Position numbers and translations under genes: made by a program. The notes under the pieces are model-generated. The model did no database searches and was not told the origin of the DNA. It worked only from the letters and a program-made list of their open reading frames with translations. Shown in pieces: positions 38,631-53,712 of a stretch of 64,000 nucleotides of DNA (positions within the stretch are counted from its first letter, which is position 1; every line of letters starts with the position of its first letter). The stretch is from the human T2T-CHM13v2.0 reference genome, Homo sapiens: assembly GCF_009914755.1 (NCBI RefSeq), contig NC_060931.1; one strand, given 5' to 3'.

Positions 38631-40982
38631 AGATACTTCTGCAGAAATTAAGAAAATAACATCAATGATTTTATACTATAATATTCCTCATGATTTCTGC
38701 TTTCTTTTGTATGCATGGTTATTATGTAATTCATACAATACAGTTTGAGGTCAGCAGACATTATAATCATCAGATGTCAAACTGCACAATCTGAGTCTCA
38801 GAGCTGAGGTGCCCAGCTTCTAAGTGTTATTTTTAGGGAAAATAGGAAATAATTGCTATTTCTGGATTAATCACTATGTCTAGGCTTGCAGTGATAAAAA
38901 CAGAGGATAAACTGAGCCAATTTCTTTTGTTACTCAATTTGAATATCACTGAGGAATCCTAATAACTTGGAAGAGGGTCCATGCTAAATAAGAATTACGC
39001 GGGTGATGAAATCTGTGTGCTGGCAAGGAGTCACTAATCATTACCAAGCATTTACTGTCATCACTTTGGTTCTTTCTTTAATTTTCTGATGTTGAATTAT
39101 TGTCTTAAATAATCGAATTGAATCATCCAGTGAAGGTATGGAAAAGATTTATCATTATGACATAGTAGTGCTATGTTTCCAATGGGTGTGACATTTCAAT
39201 ATTTGCTTTATTCAGTAATTTTTTTTACTATGTACAAATGTACAGGGATATTTAATTAATCGATGTGATAGAATGACATATTTCCCACAAATTACCGTAA
39301 GCAAGCAAGCAAGGAAAACAAACTCACAAATTATTTCCTAAATTGGGATAATATAATTAAAATTAACTTTACAATATAATATATTTCCTCACTAGAACAA
39401 AAACATAACAAAATTTAAAAACTCTTCGAGCATAATAAAGGACTTAAAAATACACATTTTAAAAAAAATTTAAGTAACTATCAGAAGGAAAGAAAGAAAA
39501 TAATAATCTGCCACCAGGAGACTGCAACATTTCAGTGACTTTTTCCACCTCTCCTTCCTCCAAAACTAAAGATTATCTTCTCCCTTCTCAGCAACAGGCG
39601 TTTGAGAAAGGAGAATTCTAAAAATGAGGCTAGGAAGCAAGTCTAGCTTAGAAAAGGAGAGGAGGTGGGGGAAATTTTGGTGAATGGAAGAGTTAAGAGG
39701 AGTGAGGCAATAAGGATGACTAGATATGGGGAGAAAGTAATAGAGTGTGGGGTTGGAGTGCGTATCCTGGCAGGCAAAGGAACTACCACATGGATATATG
39801 ATGGTTAAAGCCATGAGGCTTCGTGCTAGTGGATGATGAGCATTGATGAGTTATCCCAATTGGGGTTCCAAAATTAACAGTGCACACTCCTTCTCCTTTT
39901 CCTCTCTTCATTTTTTACATGAATCTGATTACTCCTTCCTCAGGGTTCTATGTGTGAGAGAGACAAGTCTTTTCCCACTCCTATCCACTGACTCATCTCC
40001 AATTGCAGACCAGTAACAATGATAAGAAGACCATAAAACTGTGTGGGCATCACATGACCAGCTTACACAGTAAGCCTGACCACTCTGACCATTTTCTCCT
40101 TAGCAAGGATGTGGTTATGTTTTAACCCCAGTGTGTTTAGCTTAGCACCTAGAATTGGGAAGCTGCCATCTCTTTGGTTTCATGAAATTCTATTAGCATT
40201 TGGGCTCACTTGACCTTTCCTAAAATAATCAGGCTCCAAGCGTTGTGCTATTTCATTTGAGAAGCTAGAAACTGTAAGCAGGGAAAGAACTTCCAGTTCT
40301 ATAGGGAAGCAGAAACTGTAGGTGTAACTCAGCCCAGTGTGTTTCTCTGTGTTTGTGTAACTTTAGCACTTGGCTTTGATTAAAGACGTTTTGGAAAGCA
40401 ATCTTGTGAGGTGTTGGAAAGGACCTTTCTCTGCTAAGGTTTTGGGGTTTTGCATGTGGAATGGCTTTTCTGGAATTTTCCATCAAAAAAGATTACCTTG
40501 TTGAAAAAGATGATCACTACTTTCCTTCATTTTTATTGCCAGTTGTGTGGATGTAGCTATTCTTAGGTATTCTTATTTGTGTTCTAGGAATGAATGTTCA
40601 TTCAACAGCTGAGGATAATGTCATCTACTGGAGAAGCAGCTGTTTCTCACCAAGCATATTGCAGACAATATTATTGCTCTAAACAATGCATAAATCAAAA
40701 GGGCTACAGAATATTTCTGGAGAGAAACCCAGAGTGCAAAGAAGTTTAACACCTTTTTAAAGGCCACAGACCTTGGTATTCATTCTGGGAAGTGAGGATT
40801 TGAGTTTTTCCTTTCAGACATTCTTTGTAAACACGCTCTTTTCACCCTAAGCAAACATCTTTCTTTTACCAGTAGCATATGTCTGACTTCTGGTTTATTC
40901 AGAAACACTAAGACTGTAACGTAATACTATTTGTTTATGAAATTTGAACCAATAACCCAGTCTCTGCTTTTTAGTGAAACCA

Positions 40983-41985
40983 ACATAGATTATCATGTCA
41001 TCTGCCAACAATTAGAGTTTATCTGTTTGCAATATGTATAACTAATATTATTTTTACATTATTGAGCTAGGTGGGACTTCCACTATAATGCTGAATATGA
41101 GCAGTGAGAAAGGACATTCATGCCTTGTGGTCTGATTTTAAAGATAAAGCATTCAGTCTCTTGGCCTTAAGTATGATAGTAGCTATTGGTTTTCCATATA
41201 TACTCTTTGTTAGGTATGTAGGTAAGGTAAAATTGCACTTCACTTCAAGTTTTTTTTTTAATCATGAATGAGTTTTGAAGCTTATCGAATAATTTCTTTT
41301 GTTTATTGATATAATAATATAGTGTTTATTTTTCAGTCCATTGAGATGATAAATTACATTGATCTATTTATAAATGTTGAACTAGCCTTGTATTCCTAGG
41401 ATGAACCCCATTTTGCTGTGAGGTATTATACTGTTTGTATATTACAGGATTTTATTTCAAATATTTTGTTAAGGATCTTTGCTTCTATGTTCATGAGTGA
41501 TATTGGTCTTTAGTTTTCTTTTGTTGTAATGTTTTAGTCTGGTTTTGATATTAGGATAACTCTGACCTAATAAAATTGAGTGGCAAAGATTCTTTTTTTT
41601 TTTTTTGTATTTTTGAAAGAGGTTGTGTAGAATTGGTATTATGTTGTCCTTTAATGTCTGGAAGAATCTACCAGTGAAACCACCTGGGCCTGGTGCTTTT
41701 TTTTTAAGTTATTAACTAATAATTTAATTGGGTTATCTATTTCTCCATGAGTGAATTTTGGTAGTATGCAGTTTTCAATTTTGAATTTATAGTTATGGCG
41801 TTGTTCTTAATATTCTTACTATCATTTTAATGTCTGCATCCATTATTATTTATATTGTTAACTTTTTTCTTTGTCTCCCTTTTTTCACCCTTAATTACCC
41901 TAGCTAGAAATACATCAGTTTTTAAAAAGTAACCAGCTTTTGGTTTCATTGATTTTCTTTATCGTTTTTAATGTCATGAATTTTA
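40983..41985 (-). mobile_element. Old L1M ORF2 fragment
   Basis: ATCATGTCATCTGC, ATGTTGAACTAGCCTTGTATTCCTAGGATGAACCCCA, ACCAGTGAAACCACCTGGGCCTGG. Confidence 0.8.
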
Positions 41986-41994
41986 TATACTTAA

Positions 41995-42238
41995 TTAATT
42001 TTAATTGAAAAAATTGTATATACTTATGCACAATATGTTTGGAAGTATGTATACATTGTGGAATGGCTAAATAGTGCTAATTATAATTAACACATGCATT
42101 ACCTCACATACTTATTTTTTGGGGGGTGAGAACACCTAAAATCTACTCTGCTACTAATTTTCAAGAATATAATACATTGTGATTAACTATAATCATCAAA
42201 TTATACAATAAATCTCTTGAACTTATTTCCCCTATCTA
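41995..42238 (-). mobile_element. L1MA8-like 3' end
   Basis: ATACATTGTGGAATGGCTAAAT..CATGCATTACCTCACATACTTA..GTGAGAACAC..AAAATCTACTCT. Confidence 0.8.
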
Positions 42239-42470
42239 CTCAGAAGTAGAAAGTAGAATTGTGGTTATAAGGGACTGGACTGTGGGTGGTTGGGGAGATG
42301 TTATGAACAAGGGTTAAAAACCTATTGAATACTATGCTCATTACCTGGGTGATAGGATCAATCATACCCCAAACGTCAGCATCACACAATATACCCAGGT
42401 AACAAACCTGTACATGTACCCCGTGAATCTAAAAGAAAAGTTGAAATTATTTAAAAAAAGAAAAGAAAAA
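42238..42470 (+). mobile_element. Inverted L1MA segment (to ~42314) followed by an L1PA15-17-like 3' end
   Basis: AGAAGTAGAAAGTAGAATTGTGGTTA..GGGAGATGTT, then TACTATGCTCATTACCTGGGTGA..GAATCTAAAAGAAAAGTTGAAATT and an A-rich tail. Confidence 0.75.
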
Positions 42471-42489
42471 TGATCTCAGTCATACTAGC

Positions 42490-42700
42490 AACAAAAATTA
42501 CTAGCATTACCAGAAATAAACCTAATAAAAACTACAATTTGGTTATATAAGAAATTATAAAACTTTTTGTTGAAGAAGATAAAAGAAGACATGATTAAAA
42601 AGAAATATATATTATATTTGTGGAAGGGAAACACAACATCTAAAACGTGGCAATTCTCAGACTGATACATATATTCAATGCAATTTCAATCCAGACATAT
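42490..42700 (+). mobile_element. Old L1ME ORF2 fragment
   Basis: GAAATAAACCTAATAAAA..AATTATAAAACTTT..ATATTCAATGCAATTTCAATC. Confidence 0.6.
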
Positions 42701-42793
42701 TTATTCAAGGTATTTGTTTGCTTTATATTCAGACAACCTTCCTATTCATTATGCTAGGTGTCTTTCTATAATTTGAAATACTAAACAAGCAAG

Positions 42794-42963
42794 CTTTTTT
42801 TTTTTTAAGAGAAATAGAGAGAGGGTCTTGCTATGTTGCCTAGGTTGGAATGCCGTGGCTATTTAAGGTTGTGATTATAGTGCACTGGAGCCTTGAATTC
42901 CTGGGCTCAAGTGATCCCTCTGCCTCAGCTGCAACTACAGGTGTGTGCCACCATGGTAGGCTA
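42794..42963 (-). mobile_element. FAM (fossil Alu monomer)
   Basis: GGGTCTTGCTATGTTGCC..GTGGCTATT..GTGATTATAGTGCACT: retains the 7SL-like internal segment absent from dimeric Alu. Confidence 0.75.
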
Positions 42964-43279
42964 ATTTTTAAAGTCATTAATTTAAGTATGTAATCAAAAT
43001 AAATTTAAATAACATCGTTTCTCAAGTGTGAAGTTGGGGCCTTTTTTTTTATCTAGTATCTCTAGAAACAATAGTTTTCCCATCTACATCTTTCTTCCTA
43101 CTTGTCTCGTATAGTTATTTTACAAAAAAAAAATTCAATTCACCTTCCTTCTGTTCTGCTCTCCTAAAATGCTAGAATAAAAATAGATCCTCAAGCCAGT
43201 CTCTTCATCTCCTTCCTACTGACACCCAGTCCACACTTCCTCATGCTGTTTCATTATTAAAATCCATGGAAAGTATTAA

Positions 43280-43740
43280 TATCTTCCTACTGTATATTAA
43301 GGGGGAGGCAAGAATATTTGATGCATTCCCTCATTTATTTCTCATGAATCTCCGTTAAGCAGGCACTAACACCTTATTTCTATTTCTGGTGTTAACAATT
43401 TTTATCTGAATCTCAGAGAGTTCCTTTCAATTCCTAAAGTCACACAGAGGGTGAGGCGGCAGAGCCAGGCCTTGAAATAACATGTTTATCTCCAAACTCT
43501 TTTCTTCTTCATATTTCTATATCTTGCAAGTAGGGTAAAAATCTTGTCTTTTGGAGTCTAGGCTACCTGACTTCCAAGTTCGAGATTACTTTGTACCAGA
43601 GAAAACCTAGGCTTATTTTTCAAACTGAGTTTCAAGTTCCCCTTCTATGAAAAGAGGCTAACACTGATTAATACAGGGTTTTAGGAGAATTCAGTGCAAT
43701 CGGTTAAGTTAGCATCTAGTCAGGAATGAATGTTTGCTTG
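43280..43740. mobile_element. Two MIR fragments (minus, then plus)
   Basis: CCTAAAGTCACACAG..GGCAGAGCCAGG; TTGGAGTCTAGGCTACCTG..CAGGGTTTTAGGAGAATTCAGTG. Confidence 0.55.
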
Positions 43741-44317
43741 CTTGTTTCCTTCCCTGAGAACAATATCTAGGAGTCCTTCAGCTGTCTGATAGAAACACTA
43801 TACCCTGCAGGAGGACAAATCTACTCCACTGCCTGGTGATATAGGGGATCCTTGTTATCTACCTTCCCATTCTTGCAGGAGCTTTGACTTCCTGCTAGCA
43901 TCTGGCATAGAAGATGGCTTGGCTTGCCCCACTCAGCCAGAGCGTGGGCAGCCACTAAGACACATGCAGTGTTTTGGGGCTCTGAAGAAATGCAAAGATT
44001 TTTTAAAAATCAGTTCCTGTGCCAGACCTCTGAAATGTTGGTCTTCCCTGTGCCTATCCCCAATGGGTATAAAAGTGCCCTTGCCTACACATGTCTTTCT
44101 TCCTCAAGGATGCTTATAGCATATACTTCATGAGAGGTTTTGTTCTGAAGGTATCAGTGTTGCTAGTTCCTTCTTCAGAGTCTGCTCTCTCGTGTGTGAG
44201 TGCAGTTCAGTGAACAGCAGCGCCTCTGGAGGGGTCCTCCTATCACAAAGAGCAGAGAGACAGAGAGGAGGCCAGCACTCTGGAGGGCTCCCTGCCAACA
44301 CCAAGTTGCCTTCCAAG

Positions 44318-44582
44318 GCTTTAGGGAGGTAATTAAGGTTAAAGAGGTCATAAGGATGAAGCCCTCGTCCAGTAGGACTGGTGTCTTCTAAGTAGTGGAA
44401 TACATGTCAGGGCTTGCTGTCTCCCCTTCAAGGGTACAGAGGGAAGGCTGCACGAAGAGAGAGAGAGAAGACAGCCATCTGTATGTCAGGAAAACAAGCC
44501 TCACCAGAAAACAAATTTGTGTTTTTTAAGCCACCCAGCCTGTGGTACTTTTTGTGTGTGGCAGTCCTAGCTGAGTAATACA
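44318..44582 (+). mobile_element. MLT1A-family LTR, partial
   Basis: GGAGGTAATTAAGGTTAAAGAGGTCATAAGG, TTTAAGCCACCCAG, CCTAGCTGAGTAATACA end. Confidence 0.8.
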
Positions 44583-44769
44583 GGGATATATGGGAATCAT
44601 CTGTGTTGTCTACCTAGATTTTTTGTAAACTTACAACTCCTCTAAAAATAGTCTATTATAATTTTTTACATTGAAAAAAAAAAGTACAGGAAAGGAAAAT
44701 TCTTTAAGTAGGCAAAACATCAAGCAGAACACTTGCTTGTTCACACTGTACAGAAGAAGAAATTTTCAT

Positions 44770-44835
44770 AGGTGTGATTCTGTATCAGTCTCAGGATATG
44801 GTTTGGAAGAAACAAGATTTGAAAACTTAAGTCAG

Positions 44836-44876
<41 letters not shown>

Positions 44877-45178
44877 TTATATCTAATATGTGAATGGACT
44901 TCTCAGAATAAGTAGAGTGTGAAGATATTTGTATTTTATATGCATACTCACCAAAGTCATTCAATTCATAGGGAGCTCCAAATAATTAGGTAGACATAAT
45001 GATGCATTTTCTCTGCTCTTCCAGAGGGCAGGATGCAGACTTGTTAGTGGTAATCTTGCTGATCTTTACTCTTCAACCTTTCAATTCTCTGTAAGTCTAC
45101 AATTCTTTTTATTATGATGATTTATACTTGAAATACAGAGTAGTTTCTGTTTTTCTGAGTAAACTCTGACAAACACAA
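44770..45178 (+). mobile_element. ERVL/MaLR internal (RNase H-like) remnant and LTR 3' end
   Basis: TATGTGAATGGACTTCTCAGAA..GTGTGAAGATATTTGT..ATACTCACCAAA resembles ERVL pol MWMDLSEW..VKIFVSHVNAHQ; LTR-like end TTTCTG..AAACTCTGACAAACACA. Confidence 0.5.
44837..44876 (+). repeat. (GATA)10 perfect STR
   Basis: Direct count. Confidence 0.97.
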
Positions 45179-45739
45179 CATGTCATAAAGACAGCAAGCA
45201 TGAAATCTTACACTCAGAGGCATAACTCCATTTGAAAATGTGCATAGTAAGAAAGATATGGTTTAACAGCATGTGTGAATAAGACATAAGCTTTCATTAA
45301 TAATAACTTACACTTAATAATAATGAATAATAGTAATAACTTAAAAAAATTGTACCATATTTCTATGAGAAACATATTTATTCTCTTTTATACTTTTTAG
45401 GAACAGTGCTTGGAGCAAACCATCCTGTTTTAGATGCTGACATTTCGTAGGCACACAGGAGTGTGTTAACAGAGAGGCAAGCTGTGCCATGAACTGAGCT
45501 ACTGAAAGTTCTTCAAATTTTAGCCTTAGAGAAGATCAGGTGGGGTGAAAACTGAGAAAAATGAGAAAAATGAGAGAGTATAAAACTATATGTTTGTAGG
45601 GCTATCATAGGGAAGAGGTTTTTGTTTTTTTTTTTTGTTTTTTTTTTTTTAAGCTACATGAAGGCATAGGAATGAGACTGACCAAAATTTTAGGCAAATA
45701 CACACAAATCTAATATATACATGTACAAATAAATGGAGG

Positions 45740-46775
45740 TCTCAAATAATTCTCTTCTCCTTCATTCCACCTTTCATTGAACAATCATTTATATACTAAG
45801 TCCTGCCGTTTCTTCTTCCAAATTATAGCCTTGATGCATTGACTCCTTACCATCTGTTCATCCTTTACTCTGGCTCAAACCACCACCCTGAAAAATGGCA
45901 GTAACCCCTGGCTGCCCTCCTCATTTCCACTCAGTCTCTCCAGTTTATTGTTATCAGAGAAACCAAAGAGATACTTTAAAATATCAATTACATCTTTTGA
46001 TCTTGTCATTTTTCCTACTGAAGACTCTCGCATAGATTCATTCCCATTTCTCAGGATAAATTCTGAACTCCTTGACAATACCTACAAGACTCTTGTTTAA
46101 AACTATGCTTTGCCTTCATTTCCAGCCTCACCTTTTACTAAAGTTTTCCTCATTCAATATACTTCTGCCATGCTAGCTTCCTTTAGTTATTTAAATGCTC
46201 TTTTCTACCTCCTAGACTTTTCTTGTGATATTTCCTCTTCCTGGAATAATGCTCTTCTGACTTTCATTTCTCCTGCCTAATTCTTAAGCATTTTGTCTCC
46301 ATTTAAATTAGTGACTCTGTACCTGGGGTGATTCGGCACTATCTTGATACATATTTGGTTGTTGCAACTGGGATGGTGCTACTGGGATCTAATAGGTAGA
46401 GGTCAGGAAACTGTTCAGCATTTTACAATGTACAGGACACCTCCCTACCGCAAAGAACTGTCCAGCACAAAATGTCAATAATTCCAGGGTTGAGAAACCC
46501 TGGCTTATTTGTCACTTCCTCAATGTTTTCAGTCAACATAAAATTAATTCACTTTCTCTCTCTCAAACCATGCTGTTCTTTTCCGCAGTAATTCATCGAA
46601 ATTTTCAATTGTGTATTCAGTTCTGCATCTAATTGTTTAATGCCTATTTCCCCCACTAGACTGTTCTGTGAGAATAGAAATGTGTCTATTTTGTTTCGCC
46701 ACTGTTTATTCAGTGTGTGGCATAATATCTGGCATACAGCAGAAAATAAATAATAATTGCTTAATGAATAATTTA
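45740..46775 (+). mobile_element. L2 3' region
   Basis: CTCAGGATAAATTCTGAACTCCTTGAC, CCCCACTAGACTG, TATCTGGCATACAGCAG..AATAATTGCTTAATGAATAA. Confidence 0.75.
46309..46502 (+). mobile_element. MER20 nested in L2
   Basis: TTTGGTTGTTGCAACTGGG..GGTAGAGGTCAGG..AAATGTCAATAATTCCAGGGTTGAGAAACCCTG. Confidence 0.85.
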
Positions 46776-47779
46776 ATAAGCTTTATTATTGAGTAGGACA
46801 TTATTTTAGAAACCGAGTAGAAACAGTCATTTGTCACACTGTCATTCAAATCCAGGAAAAAATGTAGTGCAAAACTAAGACATACAAATAACAAATTACA
46901 GTACAGGGCAGTTGAAATAATATCCTAAACAGGGTTAAAAATAATATTTTGGGTAAATTCAGAGGAAGGAATGAATAATTCTTATGAATTTGGAGTTATG
47001 GAGCATCATTATTGTCATTACCTTCTTCACTACCATTTTTGAAAAATAATTAATTGACTCACAAAATAGGGGTTATCTCTGAGATGTAAGTTGACACATG
47101 GCTTAACTTACTATGTCACTCACCACATTACCAGATGGTAAATTTTTAGTGACTCTGCACTATTAATTTGTTTTCTACATTACAAACAAATTGGTCTGAG
47201 TGGAAGCTTGAGTTGCCTGAGCTCAAAATAATAATTCTATCTTGCAATGATCTTTCTGAATATGCTCAAGAAACCAATTTTGGTGTTGTGAGAAGCCCAG
47301 AATGGTTTCATTTATTCTGGACCCCAATTCTACTGACAGGGTACAATCACAGATCATTCTCATGGGATAAGTTTTAAGAATTGGCTAATGAATATCACTA
47401 TTCCAATCTGGAAATTTAAAGTTATCTAGATAACCTTGAGTTAGGGTTGTACTTTCCAATGTATGTGTTTTCATACACATAAATACATGGGCACATCTCT
47501 CCTCCTACCACAGACATACACCAGGCCCTGTGTACTTAATGCACAGTAAAACAATTTTCTGGATCTTCAGGAAGCCTGAGAATTTTAGATTCTGCTTTTC
47601 TGTTTTCTTTAAGATAATTCTAACTATTTTGACTCTAGTTAGTCCAATACTATTTGACAATTTAAATTGGCAATGCATTGTGTCCTGGACAACTATCTCC
47701 ACACAAAGTATTCAAGCTATCCTTTGCTCTCTTTGAATCCCTGACACCATTCTATTTTTCTGCTTAAACTCTTTAACTT

Positions 47780-49810
<2,031 letters not shown>

Positions 49811-51342
49811 TATTTGGAGTGTCAATGAAACCAGCAACAAAATTATTTATATAAGGAACTTTCTTTCTGTCATGAATTGATTGTGCTGGATGTTTGCAGA
49901 ATCAAAAGTAATCATTTAATTGCAAGACTTTATTTTCTCCCATGCAATATTAGCAAATAGACTTCTCTAAAGATGATTCTAAATGGTATTTCAGACAGAC
50001 CCATGTTAGTCCAAAAAAAAGTGGCTAGAGCTACTTGCATCTCTTAAGTCTTGATTAAACAACACCATGGTGTAAAAGTATATATTCATAAAGACCTCTA
50101 CCAAAGATTTGCAATTAATCCAGCAAACACTTTAAAAATTATACTTTTATTTTCAGAAATTGTATAGGTCAAAAAAATAACACTATCTAGACTCTACACA
50201 AGTGCAAGTTGAGATCATCATAGTTAAAATCACTGAGTCTTTACCAGCTGTGAAAACAAGTAAGACAGTAAGTAACAGACAAGCAATAAATATATCAGAA
50301 GATCTTACTGAACACAGTCTTGTGGGTTTGCTTTGCTATAGGCATTGGAATTTCAGAGGCAATGAAATGTTTTCAATTTAAGTAATTGTTTATAGGATTT
50401 ATCCCATTTATCTCAAAAGTGAAAATGCCAGTTTATAACTTTTCTGAAGAAATTGATTGAAGTTAAAAATATGATAAGATAGATTATAAATCAGTAGAAC
50501 TGAAATTTCATCCTAGCTATGACAATTACAGCGATAATGTAGGGGAAAAGCTCAATATCTTAGAGCTTTAGTTTTCTAATACATGAAATAGACATAAAAA
50601 TGTATAACCTACTTAATCCTTAATGTTGTTTCACCCGAAAGAAAATTTCCTTAGCACGGCAGTGTTCTCAATTTGTCTGAAACTGGCGTTTTGTTCCTCA
50701 TCAGTTACCCCTTCTTATTCATTTTCTTTTCTACTCTAACACCTCCCCTCCCCAATTTTCACAAACGAACATGTCAATTATACGCTTCTAACACCAAATT
50801 AATCACTTTCCTGCTTTTGAACACATCAAAACCTTTAATAATTATGCAGAACATAGGAATAATATTTCTGAACTATATACATGTGCTTTTTTGGTTTATA
50901 TTTCATTGTGTATGATTTTCTCACTATTATTCAAGAGGCATTATTTGTCTTAAAAGGGATTCAAAAGATAAAGAGATGTAATTGGTGTGCAGATTTTGAC
51001 ATTCAAAGTAGAATTTGAGGAGTTCATGGTAAGACAATGGTTCTGAAAGGCAAGTTTTGGAATAAAAACATTGTTTTTTAAAAAAACTTATTTAAGCTTA
51101 TGTTAACACCAAGAGCCAGTTTTGAGATTCTGAATATATATTTTCACTCCAAACCTACAGAGGTCTCAAGTGATGATATAGGGAAATAGCTTTTCAAGAT
51201 GAAAAGGAAGAACAGATTATGTCTTCTGGCCCTGGATTTATGGGAAGCAGAAGAAACGAGAGGGAGAGGCAGTCATATCTCCATGTGCCTTTGCTTCTCT
51301 TCTTTAAAGCAAAGTCACAAGAAAGAGGGATTGTTACTTTGA

Positions 51343-51404
51343 GGAGAAAGTCAAAATATAGGAAAAATACCATGGAGAAAGTCAAAATATAGGAAAAATA
51401 CCAT
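51343..51404 (+). repeat. Perfect 31 bp tandem duplication
   Basis: GGAGAAAGTCAAAATATAGGAAAAATACCAT x2. Confidence 0.97.
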
Positions 51405-51549
51405 GCAGGGTGAGTACATGCCAATGTGGTAGGTAGAGTAGCTGTAGCAGAAAGATGCAGCTTGTAGGTGAGCCTGAAGCCATGCTCCTGGCTCCCAGGG
51501 TGCCATGTGCACAAAGAGAAAGGGGGCAATGGGAAAGAATGAAGAAGTA

Positions 51550-51715
51550 ATAGGAGTAGCAAATGTGTATTAACTGCAATATGCCAGGTGCCCTTCTAAG
51601 TGCAGTATATTTATTAACTCATTTTATCTGTGCAATCATACTGTGAGGATGGTACTTCATTATCCCCATTTAACAAATAAAATTGAGGCATTTAGGGTTT
51701 AAATAATTTTTCAGG
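51550..51715 (-). mobile_element. MIR
   Basis: ATGCCAGGTGCCCTTCTAAGTGC..TTAACTCATTT..ATTATCCCCATTT..TTGAGGCA. Confidence 0.75.
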
Positions 51716-52404
51716 GGGGTATAGTGTTAGAGCTCTTTGCAGAAGGGTTCACTGAAGTGGAGTTAAATGGCACTCTTTTTGCTGAAAGCTTTAGGGTAGG
51801 CTACCTGGTTCAGTGATAAAGAACAGTGAAAGCCAGAAGTCAAGGGGTATCCACGCTGCCAGTGAGAACAAAGTTATCAAGGAGGACCACCGGGTCCTGA
51901 TAAAGCCAAGTGCTCTTACCACAAAGGAGGTACAGTGATGGTATAGACTCCCATACCTCAACTGATAACAGCAATGAATGAGAATCTACAGGGATCAGAC
52001 CTGCCCTGATGTAGAATCCAGCATGAAGACCACCGAAGTGCCTCTCACCCATTGCTATTCAGTTCATAAGCCTCCCCTACACGCAGCTACCATCTCTAGA
52101 AGGAGAATGGGAGGAGAGAAATGGCTCAGCCATGGAATTGAACTTGTAGCATTTGATTATTTATTCACTAGAGGATGTTTTAAACTTTTAGAAACTATTT
52201 AGAGGAAGCTAATTATGTTAATTGGTAATATTTTTTGGCTAGTCTTTCATTGTCCAGTGGTCATGGCTATCAGCTTGTTATAGAAAATAAAGAAGCTAGG
52301 TGGTTTTCTCAAAGCTGTGTTGTAGTGTGAGTAAAAATTCTACTACTTTGCATTTGCATGTCTGTATCTTCTATTACATCTACCATGAACATCCTTCTCT
52401 TTCC

Positions 52405-52650
52405 ATTTATGTATAAAGTCTAACTCATCCTTTAAGTTCTAATCCAAGTGTCATCTTTTTTTGTGAAAAATATCTCCAGACTCCTAAGTAGAGTTAGTGA
52501 CTTCATCCTTGTCCTTCTAAAACACAGCACACATGCCTCTAATACATTGCAGGAAACCCATCTATTTACCTTCTATCTCCTCCTCTAGACTCTGAACATT
52601 TGCATGTTGTAGATCTCAATAACTGTTATCAAATAAACAGACAATCAAAT
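52405..52650 (+). mobile_element. L2 3' fragment
   Basis: CTAACTCATCCTTTAAG..CTCTAGACTCTGAAC..CTCAATAACTGTT. Confidence 0.55.
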
Positions 52651-53094
52651 GAGGATGTTTGTGTTAATGCCTTGAAATTCCTGCAACTACAAGAGTTTTT
52701 ACATCATTGACCACACTGTTAGAGTACAATTGAGACCACTAAGTAAAAACAGACTTCAGCACATAGTATCCGAATTCAAGGGCTTTCCATGTACAGATTA
52801 TTTTTGCAAGCACAAGCTACGAGAAAAGAAAAATCAGCAATGTCCTCAGCTCTCTCTCTCCAAACTAAAATTACATCCATCAGACCATCATAAGCCTCTT
52901 TTATATTCTTTTGTTAACTTATTTGTATATAGTTGCCCAAATTTTATCAGAACCATCTCAGGCATGGATACCATCTCCACAGACCCTTCAATTACACAGT
53001 TGAGCACAAAGAGGGGACACTCAGAAAATATTTGTTAAATAAGCAAATGGGCGGATTTTTGCTTGAGACTTGTTTTTACATTAAACATTCTAAA

Positions 53095-53270
53095 GACTCA
53101 GATTTTAGAATGCCTCAGAATTATCCAAAAAGCTTGATAGATGACATATTCCCAGGACCCTTGCCTGAAGGTGCTGATTCACTAGCACTGGGTTAAGAGT
53201 GAGGAATCAGCATTTTAATAAGCTCCTCAGGTTACTGGTACAGGTATAATCCACACTTTGAGAAATGTTA
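53095..53270. mobile_element. MER5-like hAT MITE
   Basis: TGCCTCAGAATTATCC..CTGATTCACTAG..GGAATCAGCATTTTAATAAGCTCCTCAGG..CCACACTTTGAGAAA. Confidence 0.7.
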
Positions 53271-53454
53271 GCCTAGACAGTCAACGTTTTTTTTATCACT
53301 TCCTGAACTGACTGCATTTCAAACCATTGTAGAATTTATTCCTGGAGTTTTTGCACATTATGGAGAAGTAATTTACCGTTAACTTTTATGCAATACCTAT
53401 GTCCATGCAGGTATTATATTATTCACAAGATTATCCTTATAGAGGTTTTACATA

Positions 53455-53712
53455 TCACCAGATTTAAAATTTGCAACACTTACCTCCCATTCACTACCAC
53501 TAACCACATTTTCTGATTTATTTTTCTTTAGTTCATTTATCACACAGAAACAGACTGTATAATTTACTTATTTATTTTATATATTTTCTGTCTTCTGTTA
53601 AAGCATTAATGCCACAAAGAGAAGGAATTTTGGGTTTCCTTCACCCACATACCCCAGTGCCTAGAACTGGGCCAGTCACTCATAAAGCAAGCAAAATAAT
53701 TGTTGACTTGAA
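53455..53712 (+). mobile_element. L2a 3' end
   Basis: TTTAAAATTTGCAAC..TTATTTTTCTTTAG..ATACCCCAGTGCCTAGAAC. Confidence 0.65.
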
